Shown here piece by piece: positions 59,791 through 64,000 of a stretch of DNA of 64,000 nucleotides. The number at the start of each line of letters is the position of its first letter. Position 1 is the stretch's first letter. This DNA comes from Somniosus microcephalus (lineage: Eukaryota): assembly GCA_052327205.1 (NCBI GenBank), contig CM126223.1, positions 12,462,001 through 12,526,000 on the forward strand, written 5' to 3'. Under the pieces are notes generated by a model that was not told the DNA's origin, made no database searches, and worked only from the letters and a program-made list of their open reading frames with translations. The position numbers were made by a program, and so were the translations under genes.

Positions 59791-61815
59791 GACTGGGAGC
59801 AGGTGGTGTAGCCAAAGGCCTTCCACTAGCAGGCAACACCTTCCCAATGTCCAGCAGCACTCTCTGCACACTTTAACAATATTTGAAATCTCTCTCAGCG
59901 ACCCAGTGCTCCTACAAACTCTGCAGGACCAGTACAAAAGCAATAAGTAACTAACCTGCAAGTTGAATGTATCCCTTTAAGTAGCGCTGGTGGTGGGGAG
60001 GTCCCTCGTGCAGCTTAACGCACGTTCAGCTGTGCGTGTTTTGGAGAGGGCGTTTTAATGGAGCGCGAGGTTGAAAATGGCAGGTCGTGCATCAAATCAG
60101 TGTTACATGCTGGCTGACGTCACGATCGTCCTACTCTGCATACTGCCGCATACGCACGAACCGCCCGCGCTATCGCCCTCACCAAGATGGTGTTCAGCGC
60201 GGGCAGCGCCGGAAGTGGGCAGAAGCGACGCGGATGCCAATTTTGCTTCAAAGCTGGCCAAAATTACCAGCGCTATGGAGCCGAATATCGCAGCCAAACC
60301 GTTTATTGTAACGGAGTCGGAAGAGGTTATTGTAGAGGGAGTTTACTGGAACTCTCCGCTTGAGTTTCCTTCCAATTAAACTAATGGAAGGGGGAGTTGG
60401 ATTGCTGTGTTAGGGGGGCGTTTGATTAGCCCTGCCTCATACCTTTCCTGTCCCTGTGCTGTACCCAGGTGATGACTGATGCCCAGGAGCTGACCAGAAA
60501 TATCAATCTCTGGGTGTCTGTTCCCCAACACTAACCACTGTGATCAAAAGAAATTATAAAAATGTGTAATAAATATACACTTTATTTTATATAGGAGTGG
60601 AGTCTCCAACAATCAGTTATTCTCAAGTTATTTCATACCTTGACAGTAATGTCAATGTCATTACATGACTTGAGTCAGATGGCCAGTTTGTGCTAAATTA
60701 AGGAGAATTTTGTGGGGCTTTGCCAGTTTTTTTTATCATTACACTGACCTGGCGATCAGCTAAACTAGCTGGAGATTGCTGAAATATACACATAATATAA
60801 CTTGTGCTGTCAGGAACCGTGTAATCTAGTTATGATTCAGGAGATATGTTTTTTTTAATATATCACAACAGCCTGTCAATTATTCTATTACGATACATAC
60901 TAACTGTGTCACCTCCTGCTCATTAACTGTAGATTAAACTAGCAGTGACTTGTGTCACCATCATTAATCCCTCAGCGTGATGTATGCGGTCTCTTAACTG
61001 CACTGCAAAACGTGGAAAAGGTCGTCCCTGTAAAGCCCCAGACTGCGTATTAATAAATGGGAGGTGTGCGAGTCATTTCAGGCTGTAATCTTACCTGGTG
61101 TCTCAGATGCCTATATTAAAGCTTTCAATGGTAATGACTTCATCCGAAGCCCTCAATGAGATTACTGCCTGTAACTGCTCTCGGGTGTCCATTATTCACT
61201 CTATAATTGGTACAGGACACAATGGTGTTGGCTATGCATGCTCTATTTTGAATCAGGCTAATTTTGTGAGCAAAGCCCGATGACTGGGTTGAATAAATTG
61301 AAGTTGGATTCTATAATCACAATACGAATCCTTTCGGCCAGTTTCAATATGACCTGTTTCTCTCTCTGCCGCTGCAGTGGAAGATCAGTTGTAAACCAGA
61401 GGCTCTTTCATTGACATCATTAATTTAAATGGGACAAGAATGCTTGCAGTTTAGCTGCTGACGTGAGAGCATGACATCTTCAGAACTGAGCACCATGTCC
61501 CTCCAAATCGGTGGTATCACAGCTTTTGAAACTTGAATATCCTCCTCGCACTTTCTACACTAACGCTGCGCATGTTTATTCAGCAGGGCAACTGTTGCTT
61601 GAGTTCCCGAGATTGAGGCAGGGACTGGAGCAGTCGGATTGTCACAGGATCTTACAAAGCCTCCCCGCACCCATACAGCAAGTTCAAAGTTCCAGCTTCC
61701 TGTGGTCAGGGCCATCAAATAAATCTCCCCAGCAAACAGGAGAGGGCTCAAAGGCGGTGCGAGATTAGCAACACAGCTGGACATGCAGTAGTAAGAGAGG
61801 GGTTCAGTAGTTAGA

Positions 61816-62665
61816 GGGGCTGACACCATGGGGCAGCGTACGCCATCATACCGCCTTCAAAATTGACCGCAAGTTCAAAGCGCGGGCGCTAAATCCCAAA
61901 CTTGCGATCTGTCAAGTTACGGCTTGACGGATGATCCAAGCCAATGGGGAAATACTCATTGCCGACGCAGGGTTCGGCTAATTGCCCACCAAGTGCCCTG
62001 CAGCTATGGCTGAAAATGTTACGGTTAGTGGCAGCAGGCGCAGGAGCCTGTTTCACTGCACAAGGACCCACCTTCCCTGTTCTTTTGCAGGTTAAGCCAC
62101 GTTAATGGTGCAAACAAATAAGAGTTTGCATCCAGCCAGGGCGGTTCAGCAGCGTTGGAAATGCTTTAAGGAGTGAATTTTTAAAATTTATCAAAAGTTT
62201 TTTTCATTTTAGACAGGCAGTAATATAATTTGATATCTTGAATAAATACGTCACAATTTACTGTAAAACAGTTTAATTAATGAAAAGAACAATTCTACTA
62301 TCAATTTGCAGCTGTGTGAGAGAGAGAGAGAGAGGGTCTTTTTGGAACTATTTCTTCTCCTAGTTTGTATAATTATTCTGAAAATACAACCAATTGCAGA
62401 TAATTCTGTAAAAATATAAGGTTGGGTGAAATGCAAGAACGTCACCAGTATTCGCTGTACTGATTGGAGCACCAGGCCACATGATCCCAGGTACACTTCC
62501 GCACAGACTGCGCCCCTGGGAGCCGCGGGCCAATACGGTGCCCTCGAGTACGCAGCGTCAAACAGCAAGTTCGCGAGGGAGGGTCCCCACCAGGTAAGTT
62601 CGTATTCTATTCGGATGCCGGCGGCGTGATCCATAGGTACGCCGCCGACCGCAAAATCTGCCCCC
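61816..62665. mobile_element. Probable non-autonomous PHIS/Harbinger-like element
   Basis: CpG-rich ends with an AT-rich centre, as at 35435-36733; ends AAAATCTGCCCC; left end uncertain. Confidence 0.4.
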
Positions 62666-62679
62666 ACGTCTCTCAGTCC

Positions 62680-63118
62680 AGACCAGCAGTCTGTAGCCTC
62701 ACTGGTGCTCGGGTAAGGGACATATCGCACAGGCTGGAAAAGCTTGTGCAATAGGAGGGAGAGCAGCCAGTTATCAGGGTCCATGTTGGACCCGATGGTG
62801 CGGGTAAAGAAAGGCCGGAATCCCTACCGGATGAGCTTAGGACATTAGGAGGCTAGTTTAAGAGCAGGACTTCACGGCGAGGGGCAATCTCAGGATCACT
62901 TCCCCAGCCACATGCTAGAACAGGGAAGGACAGGACGATTAGGGAAACCAATGCCTGGCTAAAGGGAGTGGTGTCAGGAAGAGGGACCCCTCTTTGTTGG
63001 GCGTTGGCATCAGTCCTAGGACAGGTGGGAGCTATTCCACAAGGATGGGCTACACCTGTTCAGACAGGGTGCTAAGGCAAAATGGTTAAATAGTGAAGTG
63101 ACAAGATTTTTAAACTAG
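62680..63118 (+). pseudogene. CR1 ORF1 esterase (SGNH-like) remnant
   Basis: VCSLTGARVRDI...VHVG...ISG.LP...NAWLK...DGLHL with stops and frameshifts. Confidence 0.75.
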
Positions 63119-63295
63119 CGAGTTGGGGGGAAGGTAGTGGGGGTGGGGTGGGGGGTGGAGAATAAAACCAACCAGCATCAGCTAAGATAGAAGGGGGAAA
63201 TAGATGACCATAATATTCATGCAGGGAACAACAGCAAGAGGGGTATGGAATGGAGGAATAAAATCAAATGGACCAGTTAAAAACAGGGAAAAGAA

Positions 63296-64000
63296 TGATG
63301 TAAAGACAGGGGGGGCTTAGACCAATACACGGACTTCGGGAGAACAGTTTAGCAGGTACTTTACTGAACAAGAGGCAGCTTGAAACTGAAACTACAGAAG
63401 CCTGCTAGGGCCTTTTATACAGGGGTGGTCACTGCCGGTACTGCAGTCTAAGACCAGTTATTCCCTTAAAGGTACATACACAACAATTCCTCCCCTTTTA
63501 GATAAACAGTACATAACATTCATTTAACAACTAAATAATAACTAATTACAATTGCAATTTTCTCAGTAATATATACATCAACTGGAATAGTCATTTATAA
63601 GTTCAGTCTTTGAGGAGGCTTCCTGATCCGGACTGGATAGCGCCTTTCTCGAGTATCCTGTTCTGGCGGTGGAGTCAATTCTGGCTCATTGTCATTGGTT
63701 GGTTCGTCAGCTTCCAATACCCCTGCTTCTGAGGTAGACGCAATCTGTACTTCAGGCTCATTACCAGGTGCACATGCTTGTGGTACAGGTTTGGCTTGTT
63801 CCTGTGACTCTAGAATCTGGTCAGCATGGCGTCTCACGATGCTCTCTCCAATGTCCACTGTGTACATTAGTGGTCCCTGCTGTGTGCATATCGTGCCTGG
63901 CTGCCATTTTTCTGTTCGGTAGTCGCAGGCTAAGACTGGTTGCCCTATCTTGAAGCTCCTGGTTGGCTTCTCATTTATGTGCTGGAACTGCTTATCCTCA
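63296..64000 (-). mobile_element. 3' end of a Gypsy element related to 48400-51739 (integrase C-terminus, PPT, 3' LTR ~63296-63485)
   Basis: GPLMYTVD...RRHADQI...RYPVRIRKPPQRLNL*; same PPT and U3; continues beyond the window. Confidence 0.92.

Larger units (their letters stand above)
58893..60295. mobile_element. Internally deleted PIF/Harbinger transposon
   Basis: Convergent remnants of a Myb/SANT-like ORF and a HARBI1-like transposase; GC-rich ends; TIRs degenerate. Confidence 0.75.

Overview
Eukaryotic, repeat-dense, gene-poor vertebrate DNA, most likely a shark or other elasmobranch (inferred from HE1/V-domain SINEs, Deu-domain SINEs and abundant CR1 LINEs). I recognise no host protein-coding gene; all identifiable ORFs come from transposons. 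Main content: a full-length Mag-like Ty3/Gypsy element (21336-26480) with two nested solo LTRs in its RT; a young, internally deleted Gypsy (48400-51739) and the 3' end of a relative (63296-64000); a long solo LTR with a nested CRE/E-box-rich LTR (37205-38942); Rex1, CR1 and L2 LINE copies; Harbinger/PHIS-like and Tigger-like non-autonomous DNA elements; a 20-bp minisatellite (4202-5677); and a ~600-bp SINE-derived foldback palindrome (56004-56611). The most unusual observations are the two frame-preserving solo LTRs in pol, the foldback array, a tail-swapped SINE, ISRE- and CRE-bearing LTRs, and a U3/PPT block shared between diverged Gypsy copies. Family names come from recalled motifs, not database searches, and boundaries of old fragments are approximate.
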